A stretch of 64,000 bases of DNA from Lingula anatina. Lineage: Eukaryota > Animalia > Brachiopoda. The DNA is taken from NCBI GenBank assembly GCA_051362555.1, contig CM120649.1:9920001-9984000 (forward strand), in the 5' to 3' direction. Position 1 is the stretch's first letter. Every line of letters starts with the position of its first letter. The position numbers and the translations under genes were made by a program. Below, in pieces: positions 38,650 to 51,991 of this stretch. Below the pieces are notes generated by a model that ran no database searches, was not told where the DNA came from, and saw only the letters and a list, made by a program, of their open reading frames with translations.

Positions 38650-39672
38650 AGTAGTCCTGCGTTTACCAGTACAATGTAGTAGTTTGGAGTCATTGTGTTC
38701 CATTGTGACAGTATAGTCCTGTGCCTCCTAGTACAGTGCATCAGTCTGAAGTCATTGTGTTCCATTGGGGCAGTATAGTTCTGTGCCTCCTAGTACAGTG
38801 TACACTACAGGTAGTGGGCTGGATTTGGTCTTAAAGTGCAATTTAAGATCACAAGTTCTCTTACATGATCTTAAACATTACAGCAGTAGTCTTAAAATGG
38901 ACTGAATCTCCTTTTAAGGTCAAAAATGATCTTACATCTACTTAAGTGGTCAAGCAGTTTCCTCCCCTCACAATGGGGGCTGCCTCCCCTCACCTCTGCT
39001 CACAATAGGAGAATGTGTAAGGGGAGACAACTTAATTGGCTGTCAGACCAGAAATGGCCTTACTCATGGTTTAAAATCATGTCAGACTATCTGTGAACTT
39101 AAATTGCAAAATCAAGCCCACTAGTGGTAGCAGTCATTGTGTTCCATTGGGGCAGTATAGCACTGTCTCCTAGTACAGTGCAGTAGTCTGGAGTCATTCT
39201 GTTCCATTGTGGCAGTATAGACCTTTGCCTCTTAGTACAGCTAGTGTAGTAGTCTGGAGTCATTGTGTTCCATTGTGGCAGTATAGACCTTTGCCTCTTA
39301 GTACAGCTAGTGTAGTAGTCTGGAGTCATTGTGTACCATTGTGGCAGTATAGTCCTGTGCCTCCTAGTACAGTGTAGTAGTCTGGAATCATTGTGTTCCA
39401 TTGTGGCAGTATAGTCCTGTGCCTCTTAGCACAGCTAGTGTAGTAGTCTGGAGTCATTGTGTTCCATTGTGGCAGTATAGACCTTTGCCTCTTAGTACAG
39501 CTAGTGTAGTAGTCTGGAGTCATTGTGTTCCATTGTGGCAGTATACATGTAGTCCTGTGTCTCCTAGTACAGTGTAGTAGTCTGGAATCATTGTGTTCCA
39601 TTGTGGCAGTATAGTCCTGTGCCTCCTAGTACAGTGTAGTAGTCTGGAATCATTGTGTTCCATTGTGGCAGC
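38650..39672. repeat. 60-68-bp tandem repeat (~11 copies) split by a small insertion
   Basis: gtcattgtgttccattgtggcagtatag unit at 38691, 38753, 39135, 39195, 39261, 39327, 39389, 39455, 39521, 39589 and 39651. Confidence 0.92.
38803..39132. mobile_element. CACTA-like MITE inserted in the minisatellite
   Basis: cactacaggtagtgggctggattt ... aaatcaagcccactagtggtagca imperfect TIR. Confidence 0.55.
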
Positions 39673-39899
39673 TAGATGATGACGGACAGATGATGGACTG
39701 GAAAAGACAAAAAAAGTCAGTGATCAGGCTTTTTCCTCAAGATCCAAAATATTAGAATAATGAAATTTCAGTAAATTTATTACAGCAAATAAACTGCAAA
39801 GAAATAATTTAAAAAATAAACTTTCAAAATAAAGTGTTGTTGTAAGTCAAGGCTGAAGCACACACTATACCAGTACCGAAAAATAAAGAGGTGCGTTTA

Positions 39900-41090
39900 T
39901 AGTAGTTTCTGGGATTCATTGTCGAAATAAAATTTGAAAGGGTTCACCGCATGGGAAAACATACACTGGGGAAACATAGGCCAATCATCGCTAAGTTTGG
40001 GTCATTTAAGGACAAGGAAATGGCGAGGAAAGCCAACCGTGAGTGCTGAAGGGCAAATGATTCGGAGTCAACGAGTAATTTCCTAAGGAAATTAACAAAT
40101 GAAGAAAGATGCTGATTCTGCACCTAAAGAAGGTAAGCGACAGGATAAGAAAGCTGTGGAAGGGGGTCATCCGAACAAATTAATGCAGTGAGTGACACTT
40201 ATCTGAATGATAGCTCTCTCAGTGAAGACAGGACTTCCACTAGTGATAAAGATAACAACAAGAATTCAAAAGAACTCAAAATTCTCTCATTAAATGTAAG
40301 TGGTATAAACAAAAGGTTTAACTATCCTGACTTTAAAACACTTGTTGATGAATACGATTTACAGTTTTACAGAGACTAAAACTGATGATATTGATACTAT
40401 AGAACATGAAAATTTTCTGTTTAATTACAAAAATCGAAGTAGCCTTGCCAGAATCCGATCAGGTGGAATAGTATGTGAAGTTCGTAAATGTTTCTCAGAT
40501 GCAATTAAACCTATAGAAAGTGAAAGTAAATATGTATACTGGCTTTCTGTTAAGGGTTATATATTTGGGTGTCTAGAAGATGTTTTAACTGGAATTAGAA
40601 AACAGCTCACCTGATGCATTTGCTGAAATAGAACTTGAATACATTAATTTATCTGTTAACCATAGCCACGTCTGTATTACTGGAGATTTTAATTCAAGGG
40701 TGGGCAATAAGAATGACTATTATGATGAAAGTAAATTGTCTGAATTTGAAATAGCTGTTGGTGAAAATTTTGATCATTTAACAGATCATTTTGATCATTT
40801 ATTCAGATATTCATTTACCTCTGGTTTGCCACCTCAGTATAATCAAACAGAACTCTAATAGGTGTACTCTAGAGGGTAATATAGATGTGGGTGAACACAT
40901 AGCATACTGATAAAGCCGACAAATATGATAGAAACATTGACTTAGCTTGTATCATTGATATACAAAAGGTTATCGGGAGTCTGGGATGTTGGCAGTGTGG
41001 AGAAAAAGGAAATTGATTCAATTTTTGATATGACTGCTGAAGTAATGTTGATTTCAGCTAAGAAAACATTTGGATCTTACAAATACAACA
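39900..41090 (+). mobile_element. LINE (RTE-X-like) 5' part: ORF1 remnant plus APE endonuclease
   Basis: 'IKFERVHRMGK...RPIIAKFGSFKDKE' (ORF1); 'LKILSLNVSG', 'FTETK', 'RSGGI' and 'ITGDFNSRVG' (APE). Confidence 0.85.
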
Positions 41091-41227
41091 ACTAGAAAAG
41101 CGCTCCGAGAGCGCAGACCTCTGCCAAGGCAGTGATTTTTGATTATTATTGATTATTGATTTATTATTGATCTGGATCACCACCAAAAACTAATCACTTC
41201 TAAGTTAACCCATTTCCCACCTACCCG

Positions 41228-41736
41228 CCCAGCAGGCAAAGTTGCGTTGGATCAACGTTGAAAACAGGTTGATACGTTGAATTGCAGTTGATCTACCTAA
41301 ATTCAACGTTAAATCAACGTTGATCCAGCCACGTTGAAACACCGTCATAATGTGACGTTGACTCAACGTTGTATTTTGGTCAATGACACAACCTTGCAGT
41401 TATGGATTGTAATTTAAAATATTAATTATTGAAAATGTGATACTTTGTTTAATTATCAATACTGTAACTAAATTTATCAAAATAATAACAAAAGTTAAAG
41501 TGACAGTTGTTTTGTGCCTTTAGTTAACTAGTGAATTTTCTTAACTTGTTATTCAGAAATACATTCCAATAAGCTGAATTCCTTGCAAGGTCAGCTAACA
41601 CTAGGATGAATAAGTTGCTGTAAATGTGATGGAGTGAACAGTTCTTGGTAACCTATTATAGATAGACAGGTTGAGTTGACTGTGACTTTGTCATATATAT
41701 ATATATATGTATATATGTATATATATATACAGGTAC

Positions 41737-41784
<48 letters not shown>

Positions 41785-42046
41785 TAATCTAAACCTTGGA
41801 AATTTTAACTTAAAGGTCATACATTTAAACCCTACATATATTTAGCCATCAAACATGTCCTACTGCTAAACACATCCAGGCTAATTTCCCGCTGGGTGGG
41901 GTTGATATAACACTGTTTTCCGACGCTGATACAACGTTGTTATCTGAGGTTGACACAACTTTCAAATCCAAAGTTTATTCAATGTCTTCTCAACGTTATG
42001 GTTCAACGTTGTTTCAACATAAAAACAACATATTTTGCCCGCTGGG
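41228..42046. mobile_element. CACTA/EnSpm-like MITE (CCCAG ends, CAACGTTG subterminal palindromes), copy 1
   Basis: cccagcaggcaaa ... tttgcccgctggg; many caacgttg motifs; central (TA)n tract. Confidence 0.75.
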
Positions 42047-42755
42047 ATGTCAATTTCAGGATCATAGTTAGATTGCCAGTTTATGACTTCCTATCCAAGT
42101 TCAATAGTAACTATGGGTGTATCTTAGCCAGTTTAGGACATATAAAGATAGGAAAACTTGCAAAGTGCAGTTCATCATGAAAAGTAGGTCAAAGGTCAAT
42201 TTCAAGATCACAGTTAGATTACCAGTATCCCAGCAGGCATAGTGACATTGGATCAATGTTGAAAACAGGTTGGGACGTTGAATCCCCACTGACCTACTTA
42301 AATTCAACGTCAAATCAATGTTGATCCAGCCACATCAAAACGCCGTCATAATGTGACGTTGACTCAACGTTGTATTTTGGTTGTTGACTCAACATTGTTG
42401 TTAGGTTGTTGTGATGCAAGACATGGATCGTAATTTAAAATATTAATTATTGAAAACATGATACTTTGTTTATCAATACTGTAACGTACTTTATCAAAAT
42501 GTTAAAAATGGTGCTTTAAAGTAAAAGTGACAGTTGTTTTGTGTTTTTAGTGGACTAGTGAATTTTCTTAACTTGTCATTTAGAAATACATTCCAATAAA
42601 CTTCCTCTCAACGTCAGCTAACACAAGGATGAATAAGTCGCTGTAAATGTGATGGAGTGATGTTTACGATGTTGACAGTTCACAGTACCCTGTTATAGAT
42701 ATTAGACAGGTTGAGGTGACCCTGACTTTCTTATATATATATACTGGTATATATA

Positions 42756-43497
42756 CAGACTTGACATTTAATATGGAATATTTCAGTTTCAACGGTATGC
42801 TTAGGTAAAAATGCTTTCTTTTTTCATAAAACTCAGATCTCATATAAGATATGTGACTGGAGAAGTGTGAAGTCAGGTGTGTCGCTACCAATTAACTGAC
42901 TACTAAGTATGTTGCACTGCTGCATTATGTAATATGCAGTGATTTAATTGGGTAGTGCTCCTTTGGCCTGGTCTAAGCTGGGCTTTGGCGAAGCATGGTT
43001 CCGTCAAAAAAGTATCCATATGTCGGCAACTACTGCATAGAAGAATTTGAAATTTTGCATGCAAGCGGTCGGTTTTGCAGTGCGTAAAATGAGTTCAACA
43101 ATGTTTTACAAAATTGTTAATCTGTGCCAGAATGGTGCAAAAAAGACAGACATTGCAAGACAGATTATTGTGGCAAACGGAATGGTCTGCACAATTCTAT
43201 GGAGTTATGCCCAGACTGATGTATCTACACAGAGACCACGCCCAATGTATTGACATTTTACCACCAGGGCACAGGACTCACTGTCCTTCAGGATATGCTG
43301 CTGCAACTAAACAAAAGCCACCCAGTCCGTTCAGAATGAGGGGCAAATTGTGACCAAAATGCGTTTTTCAAGGCTCTTAGCGAATACCAAACTGGTTTTT
43401 GCAGGTTAGAATACCAAACGACCTCTGAGGAAGCCCCTGTAAACAGCAAAACAGCGTCGTCAGTTTCTCTAATGAATTGAGGACCATGACCGTTTCT
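42756..43497 (+). mobile_element. 5' half of a Tc1 of the same family as 6147-7776
   Basis: TA|CAGACTTGACATTTAATATGGAATA, then collinear with 6147-6860. Confidence 0.88.
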
Positions 43498-43748
43498 TTA
43501 TATCTTCAAAAAGTTTTACAATTGATTTGACTGGCTGTTGTCTTTTACACTGTACAGTTTATTTTTGATATCTTATCAATTCAATTACATTTTTTGATAT
43601 CTTATCAATTCAATTACATTTTAGTTCACATCTTTAGTTCATATCTTATTATTTTAACTACCTTTTCATTTATTTTAGTCATCTGATTCTGTTCATTTTA
43701 CCCATGTAAAGTCTACTGAACATTTTATATGTGGATTTTAGACTATAA

Positions 43749-44829
43749 GGCCACACTTTTTGATTTTTATGGATGACATCCTCTGGGGACCCCAAAATCG
43801 GTGCGAGCGGGAAAAAAAAAAAAAAAACAGTCCAAAAAAAAAAAAAACTGCTTAAGAAAAGTTATGATGTTTTCAGTACACAGCTGGAAACACAAATTTA
43901 CCACAGAAACACGTATCAAACTAACAATATGTCTTTATCCATGTTCTCAAAATATTCAAGCATTGAGAATAGGGCCTACTTCGTAGAAAGGTAAAAAGTC
44001 ATGAATATATATATGCTGCATATTACCAAATCTACTTAGGGTTATTTCATGCATTCTGTTGGTATAGCAATCAATAAAACAAATATCAAATAAACAGCGT
44101 GTCTTTATTTGTACTCTCAGAAAATTAAAGCATTGTAAACATTTCACAGAATTGTTTAAAAAAATGAAGCAAAGATAGGCCTATGCTTCCTACTACCAAA
44201 TCTAAAAAAGGTAATTTCGTTCGATGCCATTTTGTCTACTTCGACTCACACGTAGCAGCCAACTATCAGGTGGCCTGTCCGCCCTCAGTCCACCAAATAC
44301 CACGACGCTCTTGTCGACCCTTCTTTCGCTACCAAAAAAAAACCTGGTATGTGCTGCTTTGGACAGAATGTCACTGAAATTTTCCGGGCGATGATCGCTG
44401 GCCACGGCCAGCCTTTCGTATAATTGTAAAAGGGTGATATCTCCATGTCCAATATCAATGGCAAACCAATCCAAAACGACAGCCCCCGTTCTCTTTATGA
44501 CTTTAATTGTCGTGTATTTTGAAATTAATGCTAGAAATGAATTTGACGGCAAAGCGGCCATATTTCCACGTGGTGATAATACGCATGTGCAGAAAGCTCA
44601 TTTTCCGCACTCGGAACTACTCGGATGTCTCTGCAGTCGACAATGACAGTATGGAGCTTGCGGAATTAGCCGAGGATTGCCGATTGCATTTTCCGGCAAA
44701 TTCAATAACGACGTTTACGACAACCGACTTCCTTGGGGGGAGGGGGGGATTTTTTTTTTTTTTTTTGGAGAACGGACGAAAATCGGTGCGCGCGCAGGAT
44801 GTCATCCATAAAAATAAAAAAGTGTGGCC
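43749..44829. mobile_element. PIF/Harbinger- or Zator-like non-autonomous element (1081 bp)
   Basis: TAA TSD on both sides; ~34-bp TIR GGCCACACTTTTTGATTTTTATGGATGACATCCT / AGGATGTCATCCATAAAAATAAAAAAGTGTGGCC. Confidence 0.85.
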
Positions 44830-46124
44830 TAAATAAATATCATTATTATTATATATATATATATATATATAAATCCTAACTTAAAGGCCATACATATACC
44901 CTACATATATTTATCCATCAAACGCGTCCTAGTACTGCTAAACACATCCAGGCTAAAAGCGAGTTAAAAGGAGTTAAATGCGTTGAAAAAATGAGACAAA
45001 GCAGGCACTTAGATGTTTTTACAGTGTATATTATTATAAATGCGTACCTGTGTTTTTGTATAAAAAATAAAAACATTTCAGGTCATTTTAATGTCTTTTC
45101 ATGCAAGAATGTTGTCTAACAACTTGGGTTGATACAATGTTGTTAGCTGACATTGATACAACATTGTTGTTTGACGTTGATCCAACTTTCAAATCCAATG
45201 TTAATCCAACACCTTGTCAACACTGAGTTCAACTTTGTTTCAATGTTGAAACATGCTTTTGCCCACTGGGATATGACTTCAATAGTAACTATTCTCTGTA
45301 TAGTAACTATTCTCTGCTAATTTCTGAGTGTTTGACATTTTATTTTCACCACTGAATATCGGATGTTGAACTTTTTGATATAGTGCAACGCCTAAGCCGT
45401 ATCAAAAACAAAAAAAAAACAGGCACCACCTCCAGTGTTGCACTTGACAAGTTCTACAACATGCAAGAATAAAGGTCTCTAGTATTAATGGTTCCAGAAT
45501 TAGAGAGAGTTTTCAGTTTTTGCATCTAATGGCCGCTTCTACCGTGAAAATGCACCGATTGACCCCAAACTCAGGAAAATGAAAGATGACCCTAAGGGTA
45601 ACTCCTGCCCATAATATTATAGGTTAGATCTGTTTAGTTTCTAAAAATCGACTGAAATAAAAAAAAAAAATTTTGCAAAAAATTCCCTTTTTTAGAAAAT
45701 TTTGGCCTGTTTGACCTTGAAATAAAGGTCAAAGGTCAAATCTAAGGGCATATTTGAAATCCTCACATCTGTCTTTCTGGCAGCAATCTGTAGAAATTTT
45801 TCCCATAATTCCATCGGTTTGGGAGATATTTAACATTGAAATGAATTTTCAAAAATTTTGACAAGGGTGCGTTTCAACCAGTGTCACGCCCAGGCCAATG
45901 CACCAACTGAGACAAAAAAAAACCTGGGGGTTCAAGTTGAGATTATATGTGACCTAAATCCAAGAGATGGGGACACAGGTCCTTGCGGTCTAAGAGGAGA
46001 AGCGGTAACGGTGACTTGTATCCCACGTCATCCTACGGAGCCACAGGAGCCGGCGGAGCTATACGAGACGGGTCGGGACTAAAACCATGAGTACCGCGTA
46101 CATGCTGGTGGTATTAATTACTTA

Positions 46125-47450
46125 TAATGGACAAGGGGAAAACATATCTCCCTTGCTTTTTGCTATCTTAATGATTTAGAGGATTTTCTATCTAACAAAA
46201 ATGTTGTTGGTGTACAGTAACTGATGAGCTTGAAAATGAGCTTGATGTGTATGTCAAAATTATGGTGATACTTTAGGCAGATGATACATTACTAATGTCA
46301 GAGACAAAAGATGATCTTCAATATCAACTTGATTGCTTTTTTGAATACTGTTCAAATTGGAAATTGCAGGTAAATGCTGACAAGACTAAAATACTAATAT
46401 TTGGAAAAGGGAGACAACCTAAAGAATTGTCATTTAAATATAACAATAATGACATTGAAATTGTCAAAAGTTTTAAATATTTGGGAATTTTTATATCTAG
46501 AACGGGATCATTTTATTCTACGCGAAAATGTGTAGTACAGAGGGCAACAAGAACTATGTTTGGCATTTATAAAAAAGCTAGAAAGTTAAATTTATCAATT
46601 AATTGCAGACTAGACCTCTTTGATAAGATGATACACACTGTAGTTCCACTTTTGTTATATGGAGCTGAGATATAGGGATATGAAAACTTAGATATTATAG
46701 AAAAAGTGCATCTTACATCAACACCAAATTATATGGTATATGGAGAATTGAAATGGTTCCCACTTAGGATAACAGTCAAACTGAGGATTGCCAATTATTG
46801 GATTAAACTTCTAAATGGCAAGAATGCAAAATTGTCCTGTATATTTTATAGATTATTGTATGCACTGAATACAAATCGTAATACTCCAAAGTTTAAATGG
46901 CTGAACTATATACAGTCAATTTAACAAGATTGTGGATTGAATTATATATATATATATGGATATCCCAAAATGTACAAAATAAAAAAGGCTTTATCCTGAG
47001 AATTGAGCAAACCCTTCGGGATCAGATTATACAAAACTGGTGTAATGATTGTAATAGTTCATCAAAAGGTTTCTTTTACAAGTTGTTGACACAAAATGAA
47101 TTTTGTTCACGTAATTATTCAGAATTGGACCTATCAAAAGGAGAAACTGTACTAGAGAACTAGTAACCATTATGATAGACTACCAATTGAGGTAGGTCGA
47201 TGGAATAAAACTGAAAACAAATCAGAGAATATGTAATTTATGCTAACACAGTATATGTGATGAGTTTCATTATATTATGGATTGCGTTTTATTCACCAAT
47301 GATAGAAGGTTGGTGCCTTATTATTTTATAAACAGACCAAACCCTTATAAGTTTTACAATCTTTTTGCTTCAAAGAATATCAATATATTGAAAAACTTGT
47401 GTATATCCGTAAAACTAATCAATGAGAGGTTTAAAAATACTGTTATATGT
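46125..47450 (+). mobile_element. LINE (RTE-X-like) 3' part: RT C-terminus and terminal Cys/His motif
   Basis: 'QGENISPLLF', '*ADDTLL', 'LQYQLD...YCSNWKLQVNADKTK', 'FKYLGI', 'LLYGAEI', 'LPIEVGRW' and 'DEFHYIMDC'. Confidence 0.88.
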
Positions 47451-50205
47451 TCTCAATGTGAAAACAAGAGGAACAAGGCAGCAAAGCTGTCAAATGTACA
47501 GACAAAAAGCTGAAAATAACAATGCACAAAATAGGCTACTGTCAATTCTGATACAAAAGTACATTATGCTTAAATGCAAATTCAATATCAAAATTTAATT
47601 ATTCTCAACAGGTATAATACCAATGTAAGTAAAATGTGTAACAAGCATAAGGCTTCAGGCCCATGAGAGTTCACACTTTGAAAGTGCCAGAATGAGAAAA
47701 ATGAAAATTGTACACAAATTTGCATAAGTTTAATAATAAATTATAACCCAACTGAGCTGGCTTTCTAATTTGAACTGCATGCCAATCCTAAAAATCATAC
47801 TTGTAAGTTAAAAATAATAATAATAAATAACACAGTTTTCTTTTCAAAATGTTTGTAGTAGCAGTGCATTTTTGTCAATTTTGATGTAACATTACATAAT
47901 AAATTACAGAATAATTATCACCAATTTTTGATTTTTGACTATAAATAGTATGGACATGTAGAAAATTTGGTTACCATATGGCTTTATGTCCATGGGTGCT
48001 CCGAGTCCCACAATGAATATGCCAACACAATAAAAATGAATATTTCAGTAAAATGTATAACTTCAAGAAAAAGAAGCCAATTAGACTGCTTTTTCAACTC
48101 AGGCTGCATTTTAGTCCTGTGTTTCTTTTTTGAAAGTTTGACAATCATAAGTAACATGGTTTTCCCATAATGGTCATCATGGCAGCAGCTCCCAAAATTG
48201 TGTTTTCTTCTATTTTGATGCAATATTACATAATGCTTAACAGCATAATGACCATCAATTTTTAATAATGAAATATAAGTATCATGGATTTTCAGAAAAT
48301 GTGACTTGCATGGGTCTTCAAGCTTGTGGTGGTTCCAAGTCACACCTTGAAAATGCCAATATGTGAAAAGTTAAATTTTGACAAAAAAACTGTTTAATTG
48401 CCAGAAAAATTTACCAAAAAGACTGCATTGCTTACTGAAGCTGTATTTTAGTCCTGTGTTTCTTTCCTGTAAGTTTGAGAACAGTAAGTGACATGGTTTT
48501 CCTTAAATGGTCATCATGGAAGCAGTGCCCAAAACAGGGGTTTCTTCAAATTTTGATGCAACATTACATAATGTTTAACAGCATAATGACCATCAATTTT
48601 TAATAATAGAATATTAGTATCATGGACAAACAGAAAACGTGACTAACAAAGGTTTTTAGGAACATGGAATTTCAAAGTCACACCTTAAAAATGCCAAAAT
48701 GTAAACAAGACAGCACTGTTCTGAAATGGGTTTATTTCCATTTTTAACACTTTTTTAACATAAAACAAAATTAACATTTTACTGCCATTTTTATATGATC
48801 AACTAAGAAAATTGATGAGATGGGAAAAATATCAATAGAATAGTGTTAAATGGCCAATTTCTTCCATTCTGAGATTCTGAACATACTGAATGATTGAATT
48901 TGGCAAACTGCAATGATATGAGTTCATTTCCATTTTTGACACTTTATTACACAATACACGATAACAAGTTTACCATCATTTTTACAAAATCAACTAACAA
49001 TGTTGTAAAGATGCAGGAAATGTCAAACAAACACTTTTATGTATCTTATTAGTTAAATAATAAGACTGTTAACATGCCTAAGAATTGAATTTGAGGAAAT
49101 GTGAAAAAACAGTATAACTTCTAAAATAATGACCCGATTATGCTAATTTTCAAACTCAACCTGCATTTTAGTAAGATTGACCACTCCTGTGAGTTTCATG
49201 ACAACAGGCCTATCGGTTTTCTTTGAAATGTGTTAACAGTGTTGCATATATGCTGAAAAGTGAAAGAACAGCATAACTACTAAAATAGTGGCCCGATCAT
49301 GCCGATTTTCGAACTTGACCTACGTTTTAGTAAGATTGATTACTCCTGTGAGTTTCATGACAACAGGCCTATCGGTTTTCCTTGAAATGTGTTAACAGTG
49401 TTGCATATATGCTGAAAAAACAACATAAATTCTGTTATGTCTTGTGCTTGTTTGCACTCTGCGTGGGTTATAGATTAGTGACTATCATTACTATCTTTTA
49501 CTCATCACTCAAGACCATGCCATCTTACTATCCTTCATTTCCTAAACAGCTCTTGCCACTAGTGTCGCCACTAGACAAGACATTACACCCTCTTTTCTTT
49601 CCAAACAAACAAAAAAAAATATTAACAATACTTCAACTTACACAACGTGATTAACAATGACATATTATTTAATACACTTTAACCTTACTCGTATCTCACA
49701 ACTTTAACTTGTAAAGCAGCTTTTTTCTTATTTACTTAAATCTCTTACTTTAACTTGTAAAGTAGTTTTCTTCCTCACTTATCTCAGTCTTTACTGTAAG
49801 TCTTATACAGTTTCACCTATTTTCTCTAACCCTATACAGCAACTATTTTTTTTTTTTTTTTTTTTTACATTTCACCTTAAGTCTGATATTACATCTTGAT
49901 GTTCATTCTTTATGAAATTCAATAAAACACTTTAAACTAAATTACTGTTACTACTACATGTACAATCAACTTCAACAGGTCTTTTCTGTTTCTTCTTGTA
50001 ATTCTGCCACTATAGGCATTTGTATGTTATATGACCTTGGGTTTTTCTGATGTTGGGGTAATAATAAAGCTGGTTGCCACTTCCCATTCTTTCTAACTCT
50101 TACAGTGGAATCTCTCTGTATGGGGTTTAACTCTTTTGCATTCCTATCATAATACTTTCTATTTCTAACATGCCTATCTTCATGTAATTGCTTTTGTACC
50201 TTTTC

Positions 50206-50922
50206 TTATTGTTTTACCTGTGGTTTTAACTTTTCAACTGATGTTGGTATAATTGTCCTTGTTCTTCTGCTAAACAACCTCTGAACAGGTGAGCGTGTGT
50301 TCTCATCTCTGGGGGTATTTCTGATGTTTAGTAAGGCTAAATATGGATCACTCCTGGTCTCATTGCATTTAATTAACATCTTCTTCGCAATCCCTACATA
50401 TTTTTCTACCATCCCATTTGCCTGCGGATGTTCTGGTGATGAAGTCTTGTGTACAAAATTGTAAGATTCTGCAAAATGTTTCCATTCACTGCTGTTAAAT
50501 GGAAGACCACTTGTTACCTGCTCTGGAATCCCATGTACACTAAACCATTTCTTTGTCTGTACTTTCTTAATGTTGAATGTAATGTGATTTTCTTTTGCCC
50601 TCTGCAGCATTTGTTTCAATGTTTTATTGTATTCTTCTAATGTACTGCCTATGATCAGGAAATCGTCCATTATCATTTCAAGACCTTCTATGTCTCCAAA
50701 AATATCTCCAAATGCTCTCATAAACAACTCTGGTGCTGACGTAATTCCCATAGGTAGTGTCTTGTATCTATATCTGCCAAATGGTGTAACAAATGCCGCG
50801 TAGTTCTTGGATTTATCATCTAATTCTAGTTGAAAATATCCCTGATTGGCATCTAAAACTGTCATGTACTTAACTCCTTTCATTCTCTGTGCCACTGACT
50901 CAGCTGTATTGGTAGGGTAATG
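50206..50922 (-). pseudogene. pol: Gypsy pol remnant: RT core fused in frame to integrase core (RNase H deleted)
   Basis: 'LDANQGYFQ...FVTPFGRYRYKTLPMGITSAPE...IMDDFLI' followed directly by 'FSVHGIPEQVTS...SSPEHPQANGMVEK'. Confidence 0.9.
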
Positions 50923-51370
50923 TAACAGACCGATAGCTCGGGTTGATGTTTCTTTATTGTTATTGTACAAATATCTGCAAATATCTCCAAATATCTGGAA
51001 GAGCAATATAAACAAATTAATTTTAAACAATTACATATACAAAATTTACACTGACGAAAGACAAAGACAGAACAAAGAAATAAAAATATAGCAATGCCAA
51101 AAACACCATAAAAAATAAATATATCAATTTAGAAATGTATGAATTTAAACTATGGATTGGTCCTTTATTAAATATAGTTAAACTTACCTGCAAGCTCACT
51201 GGAATACCTATTTCAGTTATTCAACCTGCATCTCCGTCCGACTCTCAGGTGGAAATCAAATTTTATGGGGCGCGGTCTTTCAACCCTTGACCTCCACGTA
51301 CACATACGAACATACACGATACACACCGAACACAATCACAGCTAACACAACAAACACAGCAAACCTTACA
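50921..51370 (-). mobile_element. 3' LTR of a second, nested Gypsy element
   Basis: Minus strand TGTAAGG...GTTACA, preceded by PPT CGGGGGGAGGGGAGAA (51371-51386), downstream of an integrase tail. Confidence 0.65.
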
Positions 51371-51464
51371 TTCTCCCCTCCCCCCGAAATGGGTTCCACA
51401 CCATTAAAAAAAACAACAACAACATCAATCTTTGATTTATATTTATTATGCCATATAATTTTAT

Positions 51465-51991
51465 TTACAATATCCAATCTTTGTTATTCATCCATTCTGG
51501 CCTGTTCCTACTTCTTGTGGGTCGTACTTCTGCAAGTTCTTCATTCTGTTTTTCTTCATATTCCTGTTTCATTTCATAGATGGGAAGTAACATGTTTTGA
51601 TGTAGCGTCTTTGATTTTCCTGCACCATCTTCTCTTTTCACTACATACACTGGAATACCATCATTCGGCTGATCTACTACCACAAACACTTCACTCTGCC
51701 ATCTATCAGCAATCTTGTGTTTACCATCGAATGCGACATTCCGAACCAAACCAAGGTGATATAAAACATCAGACGCAGGACCTTTTAGTGACTTCTGATC
51801 GCATGTAATAAAACGGCATCGGAATAAATACCGCCACATCGAAGAGCTTTGACTTCAAACAACCACTGCTTAAATGGAATACCAGATGGAATTTTAAAGT
51901 CTTTCAATTCAGAGTCTGTAATTTGTTCAGGCAGTCCAGTAATGACAATGCTTCTTGACCTTAATAAAGACGATGGGTAGGCCATTCTCAA
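51465..51991 (-). pseudogene. Nested Gypsy remnant: PNMA-type gag fragment adjoining an integrase C-terminus
   Basis: 'FKQWLFEVKAL...YSDAVLLHAIRS' then 'GKHKIADRWQSEVFVVVDQPNDGIPVYVVKREDG...KTLHQNMLLP'. Confidence 0.7.

Larger units (their letters stand above)
42229..45270. mobile_element. Same CACTA/EnSpm-like MITE, copy 2, expanded by nested inserts
   Basis: cccagcaggca ... tgcccactggg with a 2-bp AT TSD inside the host motif ccagtAT|ATatgacttc; the first ~500 bp align with copy 1. Confidence 0.8.

Noticed and set aside
39099-39601. ORFs with repeated 'ILPQWNTMTPDYY'
   Set aside because: They are translations of the 60-68-bp minisatellite, with frame changes at the 62- and 68-bp units.
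49382-49654. Duplicated membrane-peptide ORF (also 54333-54572)
   Set aside because: It is the antisense reading of the two LTRs.
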